Shown here: positions 30,275 through 39,054 of the stretch, piece by piece
Position numbering within the stretch: the first letter of the stretch is position 1
Layout of the letters: each line of letters opens with the position of its first letter
Origin: an uncultured Candidatus Saccharibacteria bacterium
GTDB lineage: Bacteria > Patescibacteriota > Minisyncoccia > Phycocordibacterales > UBA918
Assembly: GCA_964552045.1 (NCBI GenBank)
Contig: CAZKFF010000009.1
Coordinates: forward strand, 1 to 52,510
Reading direction: 5' to 3'
Length of the DNA: 52,510 nt
Program-made: the position numbers and the translations under genes
Notes under the pieces: model-generated
What the model saw: the letters and a program-made list of their open reading frames with translations, nothing else
What the model was told of the DNA's origin: nothing
Database searches by the model: none

Positions 30275-31564
30275 ATGAAAGACCTGTTTAAACAATGCAT
30301 CGTAGCCATACTCACTTTTGAAGCGCAGGTGCTGCTGAAACGGACCCGTCCGAAGATCGTTGCGATCACGGGAAGCGTGGGGAAGACGTCCACCAAGGAC
30401 GCAATCTATGCAGTCCTCAAAGGACAGATGCATGCACGCAAGAGCGAAAAGAGCTTCAATTCCGATATCGGCGTTGCGCTCACGGTTCTGGGACTGCGCA
30501 ATGCCTGGAACAATCCGCTGCTGTGGATCAAGAATATTTTTGACGGTGCATTGCTTGCGCTGTTTGAGTTCAATTATCCTGAGGTGCTCGTCCTTGAAAT
30601 GGGGGTGGACCGCAAAGGAGATATGAAGCGCCTCACGCAATGGATCAAGCCTGACGTGGTCGTGGTGACCAGGTTCCCTGATGTACCGGTGCATGTTGAG
30701 TACTTCAAGTCTCCGCAGGAGGTCATTGATGAGAAAATGGAGCTGGTGTATGCACTGAAAAGCGATGGAGTATTCATCTACAACAACGACGATCCGAAGA
30801 TCACCCAGTATCTCGAACAGGTACGCCAGCAGTCGTTCGGCTTCAGCCGATACAGCCCGTCGCATTTCACCGTACAGAGTGATACCGTCATGTATGACGG
30901 TGCGGTTCCTGCGGGGGTCGAGTTTACCATCGAACACATCCATGAAGAAGCGCTGGTGCAGGTATTTGGATCGCTCGGCGTACAACACGCATATACCTAT
31001 GCTGCCGCGGCCGCAGTCGGCTCAGTGTTCGGTATCACGCTCGCTGAAGCGGTCAAGGCGCTGAAGAAACATGTGCCACCTTCAGGCCGTATGCGGATCA
31101 TTCACGGAGTGAACGGGGCGCTTATTATCGACGATTCATACAATTCCTCTCCGGTTGCAAGCGAGCATGCGCTCCAGGCATTGAGTGAACTCAACTGTGC
31201 AGGACGCAAGTTCGCTGTCTTGGGCGATATGCTCGAACTCGGACAGTTCTCGGTGCGCGAGCACGAGCGGATCGGTGAATTTCTTGCGCCCAAGGTCGAT
31301 GTGCTCGTGACTATCGGAATGCGAGCGCGCAAGATCGCAGAAGCGGCACTCGAGCACGGTCTCAGCGAAAAGAACATATTTCAATACGAGGATGTCTCTC
31401 AGGCGATCACCGAAGTGAAGCGCATGGTCGCGGAAGGAGATATCATACTGGTCAAAGCCTCACAGGGCATCCGTGCAGAAAAACTGGTTAAATCACTCAT
31501 GAGAGACCAAAAAAAAGCGGACGTGCTTTTGGTGCGCCAGGACAGCTTTTGGGACCGGACGTAG
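30275..31564 (+). CDS. murF: UDP-MurNAc-tripeptide--D-Ala-D-Ala ligase
   Basis: AITGSVGKTSTK, LEMG, DDSYNSSP, LGDMLELG and LVKASQG motifs. Confidence 0.93.
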   Translation: MKDLFKQCIVAILTFEAQVLLKRTRPKIVAITGSVGKTSTKDAIYAVLKGQMHARKSEKSFNSDIGVALTVLGLRNAWNNPLLWIKNIFDGALLALFEFNYPEVLVLEMGVDRKGDMKRLTQWIKPDVVVVTRFPDVPVHVEYFKSPQEVIDEKMELVYALKSDGVFIYNNDDPKITQYLEQVRQQSFGFSRYSPSHFTVQSDTVMYDGAVPAGVEFTIEHIHEEALVQVFGSLGVQHAYTYAAAAAVGSVFGITLAEAVKALKKHVPPSGRMRIIHGVNGALIIDDSYNSSPVASEHALQALSELNCAGRKFAVLGDMLELGQFSVREHERIGEFLAPKVDVLVTIGMRARKIAEAALEHGLSEKNIFQYEDVSQAITEVKRMVAEGDIILVKASQGIRAEKLVKSLMRDQKKADVLLVRQDSFWDRT

Positions 31565-31673
31565 CGTATCCCATATTTTGAGCCGTATTATACATTGACT
31601 GCCCGTGCAAACCCTTGCAAAATGCACGCAAAAAGGTAGTATCGGACTCATAACAGTTATAAGGCAACCCATT

Positions 31674-32642
31674 ATGAGCACTACAGTACAGAAGATGACG
31701 TTGAAAATTTTTGGAGGGGTGGCTGCTGCAGTCTTGTGTGTTGCAGCATTTGCTCCTGCTTCTTCAGCGCAGGCGTATTATCCGCAATATCAGTACCAAT
31801 ACCAGTATCAGACGGTATATTCCGCATCTGAGATACAGCGGCTCATGAACCAGCTCTATGCGCTTTTGGCGCAATTGCAGGCGCTCCAGAGTAACCAGCA
31901 CTCGCCGGTAAAGCACACATACAATCAGAGCGGCTACGGCAGCTATGATGTGGAGGTGGACACCACCGATGTTGACGTAGAGAATGACGACTCAGCCACA
32001 TTCTATGGTGAGGTCGAGCTTGATGATGCGTCCTACGCAGATGTCTGGTTTGTCTACGGCACCGACGGCGATCTGACTGAGGAGACCGATGATGAGCGTA
32101 TTGATGACGATGAAGAATTCGACATGGAAGTTGATGACCTCGACGAGGACGAGCGGTACTATGTCCGTGCTGTCGCTGAGGATCCATCGGGATTCATCAC
32201 GTACGGTGACATCCTCGCGTTCACGTCAGGGAATGAAGATGACAACGACAATGACGATGATGACAATGACGACGATATTCCTGAAGCGGAGACAGAAGAT
32301 GCAGAGGACATCAGCGATGATGCTGCGGAACTTCATGGCGAGATCGACATGAACGACTTTGAGGACGGCCTGGCATTCTTTGTGTACGGGCAGGACGAGG
32401 ATGCAGTGGAAGATGTTGACCATGAGGACACGTATGCAGACATTGATGAGGACGGCGATGACCTTCAGAAGTTCACGCTTACATCGAGCATGGACGGTTC
32501 ACGCACGTTTTGGTCCACGATAAGCGGCCTTGATGAAGATACCGATTACTTCTTCCGCATCTGCGTAGAGTACGAGGATGAGGATGATGACCAGACGCTT
32601 CAGTGTGGTTCTGTTGAGGATTTCACCACTGACGAGGATTAG
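31674..32642 (+). CDS. Secreted highly acidic protein with two FN3-like beta-sandwich repeats
   Basis: Signal peptide, QYQYQYQ tract, two repeats of (S/A)A.(F/L).GE...F.YG...Y(Y/F).R; very D/E-rich. Confidence 0.75.
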   Translation: MSTTVQKMTLKIFGGVAAAVLCVAAFAPASSAQAYYPQYQYQYQYQTVYSASEIQRLMNQLYALLAQLQALQSNQHSPVKHTYNQSGYGSYDVEVDTTDVDVENDDSATFYGEVELDDASYADVWFVYGTDGDLTEETDDERIDDDEEFDMEVDDLDEDERYYVRAVAEDPSGFITYGDILAFTSGNEDDNDNDDDDNDDDIPEAETEDAEDISDDAAELHGEIDMNDFEDGLAFFVYGQDEDAVEDVDHEDTYADIDEDGDDLQKFTLTSSMDGSRTFWSTISGLDEDTDYFFRICVEYEDEDDDQTLQCGSVEDFTTDED

Positions 32643-32654
32643 TCTCGATCAGTA

Positions 32655-32702
32655 ATGGAGCACTAAAAATACCGCACTCAAGCGGTATTTTTAGTGCTCC
32701 AT
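32655..32702. terminator. Intrinsic terminator (bidirectional)
   Basis: 21-bp perfect arms atggagcactaaaaataccgc / gcggtatttttagtgctccat. Confidence 0.8.
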
Positions 32703-32887
32703 AGCCACAGGTCGGCCATAGCGCATTCCCTGTAAAAAGGCTAGAATTTCACCATGGGAACGTTCAGGAAGGAAGGAGATATTTCCATCCGTCCCGGGCA
32801 GGTCAAGAGTACGTATGCAGGATACGAGAAGACGGCTCTGCATCAAAAAGAAGCGAAGACATCAATTTGAGGGCATCTGAATGAAAG

Positions 32888-33046
32888 ATGGCCTGGTCTC
32901 GCCTCACTTCACAGAAGCGCTATTCAGACCGTGACAACCGTATGGAGTGGCGGCTGTTTGTGTGGCTCGTTGGCTCCGTACTCAGTTTCGCTTTGATGCA
33001 CGCGGCAGTGGCCTTGGGATGGATGAGATACAACGTTACACATTAA
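32888..33046 (+). CDS. Putative 52-aa single-TM protein (not in the ORF track)
   Basis: MAWSRLTSQKRYSDRDNRMEWRLFVWLVGSVLSFALMHAAVALGWMRYNVTH; ends 11 nt before bcp. Confidence 0.4.
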   Translation: MAWSRLTSQKRYSDRDNRMEWRLFVWLVGSVLSFALMHAAVALGWMRYNVTH

Positions 33047-33057
33047 ACACATTCATC

Positions 33058-33525
33058 ATGCTTCATGAAGGAGAAATAGCGCCAGCGTTTTCATTGCCGG
33101 ACCAGAATAAAGTGATCTGGCAATTGGCTGCGCAAAAGGGGAAATGGACTCTCGTATACTTCTATCCGAAGGATGATACTCCCGGCTGTACCAAAGAGGC
33201 ATGTGCCATCCGTGATGTGTACGATGATTTTGAACGCATGGATGTCGGCGTCTTCGGGGTGAGCAAGGATACTCCTGAGTCGCATCGGGCGTTTTGCGAG
33301 AAATACGGACTCCCGTTCACACTCTTGTCAGATGTGGACGGAAAAATGATAGAGGAGTATGGGGCGTGGAAGGAAACGACATCGTCAGGAGTGACCTCAT
33401 CAGGCATTGCACGCGTGTCATATCTGATCGGGCCAGACCTCACGATCGTCAAGACGTATCCTGATGTCGATCCCGCAAACCACGCGCTTCAGATACTGCA
33501 GGATCTCAAAACCTATATAGGATAG
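33058..33525 (+). CDS. bcp: Peroxiredoxin, BCP/PrxQ family
   Basis: YFYPKDDTPGCTKEAC motif; start MLHEGE at 33058. Confidence 0.93.
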   Translation: MLHEGEIAPAFSLPDQNKVIWQLAAQKGKWTLVYFYPKDDTPGCTKEACAIRDVYDDFERMDVGVFGVSKDTPESHRAFCEKYGLPFTLLSDVDGKMIEEYGAWKETTSSGVTSSGIARVSYLIGPDLTIVKTYPDVDPANHALQILQDLKTYIG

Positions 33526-33592
33526 TTTTCCCCATATTGACGGTATCCGGTTTTTTAGTACGCTCTATGGCGGGTCAGTAGAAGAGGCTGCA

Positions 33593-33712
33593 ATGAAGGA
33601 TATTTTGGTATTTGTCATCGCGTGCTGCGTGTTCTTCGCAGGAGCAACAGTGGTTGCTTTGAGCACCAACCCAGTGCCGAACCACGCCGCGTACAGTGAC
33701 ATACACAAATAA
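33593..33712 (+). CDS. Putative 39-aa hydrophobic peptide (not in the ORF track)
   Basis: MKDILVFVIACCVFFAGATVVALSTNPVPNHAAYSDIHK; GAGG SD, TTGACG-N16-TACGCT promoter, hairpin at 33720-33742. Confidence 0.45.
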   Translation: MKDILVFVIACCVFFAGATVVALSTNPVPNHAAYSDIHK

Positions 33713-33766
33713 AGAACGGACACCGCGAGCAATCGCGGTGTTTTCTGTCCACAAAAAAGTCGGGCT

Positions 33767-34639
33767 CTAGTGGCCCGACCGGAGTTCTGCGATGAAAAGC
33801 GCCAGTTCGTCTTCGAACGCTTCCTCAGTTCTTCCGAACGCTGCAGCAAAGGCTTCTTCGCTGCTCTTGTCTTCTCCGAGGAGGCGGTAGAAGTGCACCA
33901 GCGCAGCATATCCCGACTGCTGCACAAGCAGTCGCGCAGCGAGGATACCGATACGAAGCGAGACATTTGAATTGAGTCTCTGATATCCTCCACGGGTATT
34001 CCGCTCGGTCAACTGCAGATTGCCGGGCGGAATGGTATGCGCAAGCAGTGAGAATGTGCGTTCTGCGTCGTCAAGGTGGAGCGCATCAAGCACCATGTAA
34101 CGGACAAACTGGGCGCTGCCTTCCTTCAGCCATTCCGGGCCGTATACCGACATCACGGTGCTGTTGGTACAGCACCCGAGGGCTTTTTCTCCGACCAGGT
34201 CAGTCTGTACGATGTGCCAGTACTCGTGGGCAACGATGCCTTTTACGGTTATCTCCCCCTCACTCCAGACGCTGCTTTTGAGACACAGGAAGATAAAGTA
34301 CCCTCCGAATTCCGCAGGGGGATCACAGACGCCGAAGCTCTGTAGCTTGCCCGGCCTGTGGGATTCGGGGAGGTTCCTCGCTTCCAGGTAGCGGTCTGAA
34401 AGCCACACCGCGTCCGAGGACGCATAGACCACAACCTTCTGTGAGACGGAAATGCTAAAAGTCTTCTGCACGAATTCCTTCGCCTCTGGAATTGCGGAAG
34501 TGATCCACTGCCGCACGAGCGGGTCGGATTGCCGCTCAATGATGAGCACGGTCTGCTGGGTCTGCTCCGTCTGTTGTGCGAATGAAGCATACGAGGCACA
34601 CAGTCCGCACAGAAGCGCAGGCAACAACAAAATGCGCAT
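33767..34639 (-). CDS. Secreted gluzincin-type metallopeptidase-like protein
   Basis: Signal peptide, HEYWH plus downstream WLKEGSA third ligand; AAGGAG SD. Confidence 0.7.
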   Translation of the reverse strand: MRILLLPALLCGLCASYASFAQQTEQTQQTVLIIERQSDPLVRQWITSAIPEAKEFVQKTFSISVSQKVVVYASSDAVWLSDRYLEARNLPESHRPGKLQSFGVCDPPAEFGGYFIFLCLKSSVWSEGEITVKGIVAHEYWHIVQTDLVGEKALGCCTNSTVMSVYGPEWLKEGSAQFVRYMVLDALHLDDAERTFSLLAHTIPPGNLQLTERNTRGGYQRLNSNVSLRIGILAARLLVQQSGYAALVHFYRLLGEDKSSEEAFAAAFGRTEEAFEDELALFIAELRSGH

Positions 34640-34755
34640 CGGTCTTCTCCTTGCAATGAGCAGTGCAAAACCCGCACTGCGCGGGTTTTATCCTTTGTTA
34701 TTACACCATACTCTCCGGAAATTACCAGACAAGAGTGATATGCGGGGAGTAACAT

Positions 34756-35121
34756 CTATTTTTTAGGCGGAAGAGTTGAAAGGTATGAGGGGATGATAAG
34801 GCCAAGGATGCCGCCGAGGAAAAGTGCGAGAAAAGCGGTGCAAAGGATAAGCAATATGGAAGAGTATGTGCGGAGACGGCGTTTCTCCCTGCAGATAAGC
34901 ACCGTGAACGTCGTACACAGGAATACCGCGACCGTTGCACCCGCTTTCACCCCGAGGCCGTACGTATCGTAGATGTCAGCGCTCCCGCCGCCGAGAAGCA
35001 CGCCGACAAACGATCCGCAGACCGCTGCGGCGAAGATCGTGATGAAGAGCCAGGCGAGGTAAAAGCCGAGGGCTTCCTTTGGAGAGCGTACATAGCCGAA
35101 CTCAGTGAGTTTTTTGAACAT
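34756..35121 (-). CDS. Hypothetical membrane protein
   Basis: 121 aa with 3-4 hydrophobic segments. Confidence 0.7.
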   Translation of the reverse strand: MFKKLTEFGYVRSPKEALGFYLAWLFITIFAAAVCGSFVGVLLGGGSADIYDTYGLGVKAGATVAVFLCTTFTVLICREKRRLRTYSSILLILCTAFLALFLGGILGLIIPSYLSTLPPKK

Positions 35122-35237
35122 ATAGAAGTGCTATTGATATACAGATATGGTAGTACATCGGGTGTGCATGTCCATGCACTCACTGGGATAATTATAAAAA
35201 CGCCCGCAGGATCGAACCTGCGGGCGCGTGCGGCGGG

Positions 35238-35468
35238 TCACTTGCGTGCGGAGTACTCATCGGTTCGTTCTTGGAATGCTCTGTCCTCCTCCTGCGTCAT
35301 GGGCCGGACCGTGAAGTCTGCTTCCAAAAGTTCGCCGGTATCCTCCACGCGCACCCATCCTGAGTCCCACAACGGGATCGCTTCACGAAGCGGATAGAAT
35401 TTCTTCGTACCCTCAATGATCAGGCCGATCTTGGAAAAATCCTCCCAGTTCTCGAGACAATCGGGCAT
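35238..35468 (-). CDS. Small hypothetical protein
   Basis: 76 aa; AGGAG SD; hairpin at 35201-35226 followed by a T-run on the minus strand. Confidence 0.6.
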   Translation of the reverse strand: MPDCLENWEDFSKIGLIIEGTKKFYPLREAIPLWDSGWVRVEDTGELLEADFTVRPMTQEEDRAFQERTDEYSARK

Positions 35469-35614
35469 GTTTTTCTCCTGTTTTTGCCGCGTTTCTATAA
35501 CGGCAGAGGTTCAATTCACGTACACTATGCACCTTTTATGGGGAGGTGGCAATGGAGGACTTTTGTGCGTGAGGATTTCATCAGCACTTCACCGCCCGGG
35601 TATAGAGTATACCG

Positions 35615-35977
35615 ATGACTGCCATTGCGTTTCTGTTCATACAATATGGGCTTGCGTTTGTTTTTGTATGGACCGGCGTGCTCATCTTCAAAGACGTCCC
35701 GTCGTGGGCGAGCGCGATCGAAAAATCATGGGCCCATACACTGGCGCCTGCTCCGGCGCAGTCGCTCATGCGGGGAACCGCGGTGTTTGATATCGTTGTG
35801 GGTGTATGGCTGTTAACGGGCATGGCGCTGCCGTTTGCAGCTATTGTTGCGTCACTCCACCTAGTGCAGGTGTTGATGGTAACGGGCATCATGTCTTCCT
35901 CGTACCGCGATGTGGGTCTCTTGTGCATGAGCATTGCGCTCGCGCTCTACACTTGGCCGAACGTGCCCATAAGTTGA
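35615..35977 (+). CDS. DoxX-like membrane protein
   Basis: Four hydrophobic segments; GLAFVFVWTG, FDIVVGVWLLTG and YRDVGL patterns. Confidence 0.65.
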   Translation: MTAIAFLFIQYGLAFVFVWTGVLIFKDVPSWASAIEKSWAHTLAPAPAQSLMRGTAVFDIVVGVWLLTGMALPFAAIVASLHLVQVLMVTGIMSSSYRDVGLLCMSIALALYTWPNVPIS

Positions 35978-36001
35978 CAAAAACTACCGATGAGCCATAA
36001 T
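35974..36001 (+). promoter_or_regulatory. Sigma70 promoter for the Flp pilin gene
   Basis: TTGACA-N16-CATAAT. Confidence 0.6.
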
Positions 36002-36037
36002 GCGGCCCGTACATGAAGCACACAGAGGAGACGTGTA

Positions 36038-36193
36038 ATGAACACAGTGACCCGGTTCTTTCATGATGATTCGGGCGCCACGGCCATCGAATATGCGCTC
36101 ATCGCCATGCTGATCGCCATCGGCATCATCGCCGCCGCGACGCTGCTGGGGCCGAGCCTCGGCAACCTCTTCAAGCCCAAGGCGCCCGCCTGA
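36038..36193 (+). CDS. flp: Flp family type IVb (Tad) pilin, 51 aa (not in the ORF track)
   Basis: MNTVTRFFHDDSG|ATAIEYALIAMLIAIGIIAAATLLG: G-1/E+5/Y+6 Flp motif; GAGGAG SD; terminator hairpin at ~36221-36270. Confidence 0.88.
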   Translation: MNTVTRFFHDDSGATAIEYALIAMLIAIGIIAAATLLGPSLGNLFKPKAPA

Positions 36194-36278
36194 GCCTGAA
36201 GAGACACCAGCTTGCAACCTGCCCGACTTGGGAAACCGCTCGGTTTTCAAAGTCGGGCGGTTTTCTTTTGTCTATTAT

Positions 36279-36587
36279 TTATTCGAAGAAAAGCATTGCT
36301 GTGATGAGTACACAGAAGGTGAGTGCGGCGAATACGGCTATTGTCCGCAGAAAAAGCTGCATCGCCTCCTTCCGTTTGCCGTCAATGAGCATCAGAACCG
36401 GCTGGTAGAAGAAAGTGTATGCCATAAAGGCTGCCGACAGGGTCAAAAGCGAAAGCATGCCGATCGGCACCAGGATGCTCTCATCGGGACCTGTCTCCGC
36501 CAATCCTGTGGCAAAGTGTATGAGGCTCACTACTGCTATGACGTAGCCGAGTGCGCACAGAGCGTTCAAAAAAGGATTTGTTGTCAT
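36279..36587 (-). CDS. Hypothetical three-TM membrane protein
   Basis: MTTNPFLNAL start; three hydrophobic segments. Confidence 0.7.
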   Translation of the reverse strand: MTTNPFLNALCALGYVIAVVSLIHFATGLAETGPDESILVPIGMLSLLTLSAAFMAYTFFYQPVLMLIDGKRKEAMQLFLRTIAVFAALTFCVLITAMLFFE

Positions 36588-36722
36588 ATGGAGGTATAAC
36601 AAAGGAAAGGTGGGGGAGGTTGCGGGGTGGTGATCCTACGCCTCGGGACGCGCTCGTACCTCGCGCGGCTTCGCCGCGCTCACTATGTCGAGACGAAGTC
36701 TCGTTTTGTGAGCCGAATCGTG

Positions 36723-37178
36723 ATGGAACCGTCCCAGGGTAAAGAATTCGCTTTCACTCGAATTATGAAATGCGGACTCTGTGGCTCGGGCATTACTGCC
36801 GATGAGAAATTCAAGAAACTGAAAGCAGGAGGGGTGAATCGCCATGTCTACTACAGATGTACCAAATCTAAAGACAGGCACTGCAAGAATTCTGCTCTTA
36901 ACGAAACAGAGCTCATAGAAGCTCTACTAAAAATGGTTGATACCATCAGCCTTGATAAAGTGAAGCTGACCGCTAAATTGAACAGTGAGATTCAGAAATT
37001 TAAAAAGCTTCAAGCAGTGTTTCTCGGGAAGAAAACAACTGAAAAAATCGAACCAATTAACCTAAAAGACTACGCCAAGTTTGTATTACGAGATGGGACA
37101 GTTCTGGAGCAAAGGTCAGTACTGGAGTGTGTGAGTAGCGAACTGGTTTTGAAGAATGGAAAAACTTTAATTCAATGA
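36723..37178 (+). pseudogene. C-terminal remnant of a large serine recombinase (zinc-ribbon region)
   Basis: FAFTRIMKCGLCGSGITA...YYRCT...CKN...ETEL zinc-ribbon pattern; catalytic resolvase domain absent. Confidence 0.7.
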
Positions 37179-37233
37179 TACCCATCGGGTATTAGCCTCA
37201 TTAGCTATCAGGGGTCGTTGAAAACTAGGTGTA

Positions 37234-37323
37234 AGGAAAATTCAAACCGCAGCGCCATTCCAGAATAGCGACAATATGTGACAATTCAGCTTTTCTCGGC
37301 GCAAGGATTTGACATGCAGTTCT
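37234..37323 (+). repeat. 90-bp perfect direct repeat, copy 1
   Basis: aggaaaattcaaaccgc...ttgacatgcagttct, identical to 37651-37740. Confidence 0.95.
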
Positions 37324-37650
37324 GAAATAAGACATATATACTTCTGTTGTTATAGTAACTTTACCTATCTATATTCAATTAAAATCTTTATATATAAGGA
37401 TTAAATTGGATAAATTAATGATAATTATAATAATTATCTAGTATAACGGATATATATCAACGATAGAAACCTATTCAGACAAGTTTTAACATTAAATGAA
37501 ATCTCATCAAGGCCTTATTATTTAAGGATTTTTAGCCGCCAGACCTGATCTTTTGGCCGTTTCGGTTCCGCCAGATTCCTAATGGTACTCATGTAGAGAC
37601 TCCCTTTGCCTTATAGGTACAAAAATACCCCTCCGAATAGAGGGGCTGTG

Positions 37651-37740
37651 AGGAAAATTCAAACCGCAGCGCCATTCCAGAATAGCGACAATATGTGACA
37701 ATTCAGCTTTTCTCGGCGCAAGGATTTGACATGCAGTTCT
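37651..37740 (+). repeat. 90-bp perfect direct repeat, copy 2; supplies the TTGACA of TTGACA-N18-TATAGT upstream of the operon
   Basis: Identical to 37234-37323. Confidence 0.95.
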
Positions 37741-37808
37741 CTGTGGGTGTATAGTGGTGCTTGTAGCCGATAAAACTATATTTATAAGATTTTCATAAAA
37801 GCAAATAT

Positions 37809-38219
37809 ATGAACCAAAACACAAAAGATCCTCTCGCAGATTTGTTTTCCGATGACGTTAAGGCGATCGATCGTGGGACTGTAGCTACAGCACTCAAGCC
37901 GTACATTATCCTCGACCGAACTACCAATGCCATCGCTGTGTTGCCTGCGTTCGAGAAAGTGAACGGAAACGCCGAAAAGATTGAGATCATCCTCATGGCA
38001 TCAAAAGCACTTTCGCTGCTCGTTGATGGTCAGCGTGATGGTATGACACAGGGCGACATCACCACCATGGATATTATGCCGGAAGGATCGGTAAAAAGCA
38101 CCTTGAAGAAGCTCTTCGATTCAAAGAAAATCAAGAAAAACACTGCCGACTCAAGCTACTACATACCGAACTATCGCATCAACGAGGTGGTCGAGAAACT
38201 TAACAAGCTTAATCAGTAA
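37809..38219 (+). CDS. Winged-helix-like protein (island operon gene A)
   Basis: GMTQGDI...MPEGSVKSTLKKL...YYIP HTH-plus-wing pattern. Confidence 0.75.
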   Translation: MNQNTKDPLADLFSDDVKAIDRGTVATALKPYIILDRTTNAIAVLPAFEKVNGNAEKIEIILMASKALSLLVDGQRDGMTQGDITTMDIMPEGSVKSTLKKLFDSKKIKKNTADSSYYIPNYRINEVVEKLNKLNQ

Positions 38220-38223
38220 TTAT

Positions 38224-38634
38224 ATGGATAATACATCAATAGCAAAAACGCTCGCCGAGCATGAAGAAAGAATCCAGAAACTCGAAGCAAAACTACAAGG
38301 CTCTGCCCCTGCTTTGATTGGAGTATCCAAAAAGCAGATTTCTCCGAAAGAGTTCCTGCTCGAAAAGAAGCCTTCAGGTGAAGTGCAGAAGACACTGACC
38401 CTTTGTTATTACATCGAACACACGATGGGCGTCACCCCATTCAACATCGATGACGTGACCAAGGTGTTTAAGCTCGCTAAGGAGGTTGTCCCATCAAACC
38501 TGAACGATAAGATCAATAAGAACATCGACAAGGGATACCTCGTCGAAGACGATGAGAAGAAGGATTCAAAAAAAGCTTGGCACCTTACGGCTTCTGGTGA
38601 GAACTTTATCAATCAGATCGAAAAAATAGCATGA
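38224..38634 (+). CDS. Coiled-coil plus winged-helix-like protein (gene B)
   Basis: HEERIQKLE coiled coil; TLCYY...FNIDDV...KGYL...WHLTASGENFI wing. Confidence 0.78.
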   Translation: MDNTSIAKTLAEHEERIQKLEAKLQGSAPALIGVSKKQISPKEFLLEKKPSGEVQKTLTLCYYIEHTMGVTPFNIDDVTKVFKLAKEVVPSNLNDKINKNIDKGYLVEDDEKKDSKKAWHLTASGENFINQIEKIA

Positions 38635-39053
38635 GTAATACAGAACTAGAAAAACAACTGCAGATCATCAAAAAAGCGACGGAGCATGCGTTGAGCCTGC
38701 TTGGTGTAGAAGAAAATACACCCATCCACGTCCGTTCGGTAGCTGAGGGTGCTGATACTGAGGAAGTTGAGATCGACTTCTCAATGCAGTCCCGAGCGTT
38801 CTTTAAAAAATATACCAAAGGGCTTTCAGGGCCAAAAGTCTTTGTCCTTATGGTTGCTTACTTCACCAATCAACAAGATACAGCAATAGTCTCCTTTGGT
38901 GACATTCAGAAAGAATGGTCAAAAATGACGCAAATAATCAAACCTAAGTTATCAACTACTTTTGCATTAAGGGCGAAAGAGAGTAATTGGATTGACTCAC
39001 CAAAGAATGCTTTCTACTCACTCCGACCGAATTGGAGAGACATCTTCAAATAA
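38631..39053 (+). CDS. Winged-helix-like protein (gene C)
   Basis: LSGPKVFVLMVAYF...IQKEWSK...RAKESNWI...FYSL; similar to the N-terminus of gene D; ATGA overlap with gene B. Confidence 0.75.
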   Translation: MSNTELEKQLQIIKKATEHALSLLGVEENTPIHVRSVAEGADTEEVEIDFSMQSRAFFKKYTKGLSGPKVFVLMVAYFTNQQDTAIVSFGDIQKEWSKMTQIIKPKLSTTFALRAKESNWIDSPKNAFYSLRPNWRDIFK

Positions 39054-39054
39054 A

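Noticed and set aside
37234-37740. CRISPR array interpretation of the direct repeat
   Set aside because: Only two copies, 90 bp long with a 327-bp spacer, and no cas genes.
37579-37824. 81-aa minus-strand ORF spanning the second 90-bp repeat
   Set aside because: It has a weak start, overlaps the operon promoter and gene A start, and has no recognisable domain. It cannot be fully excluded that the repeat is a duplicated gene end.
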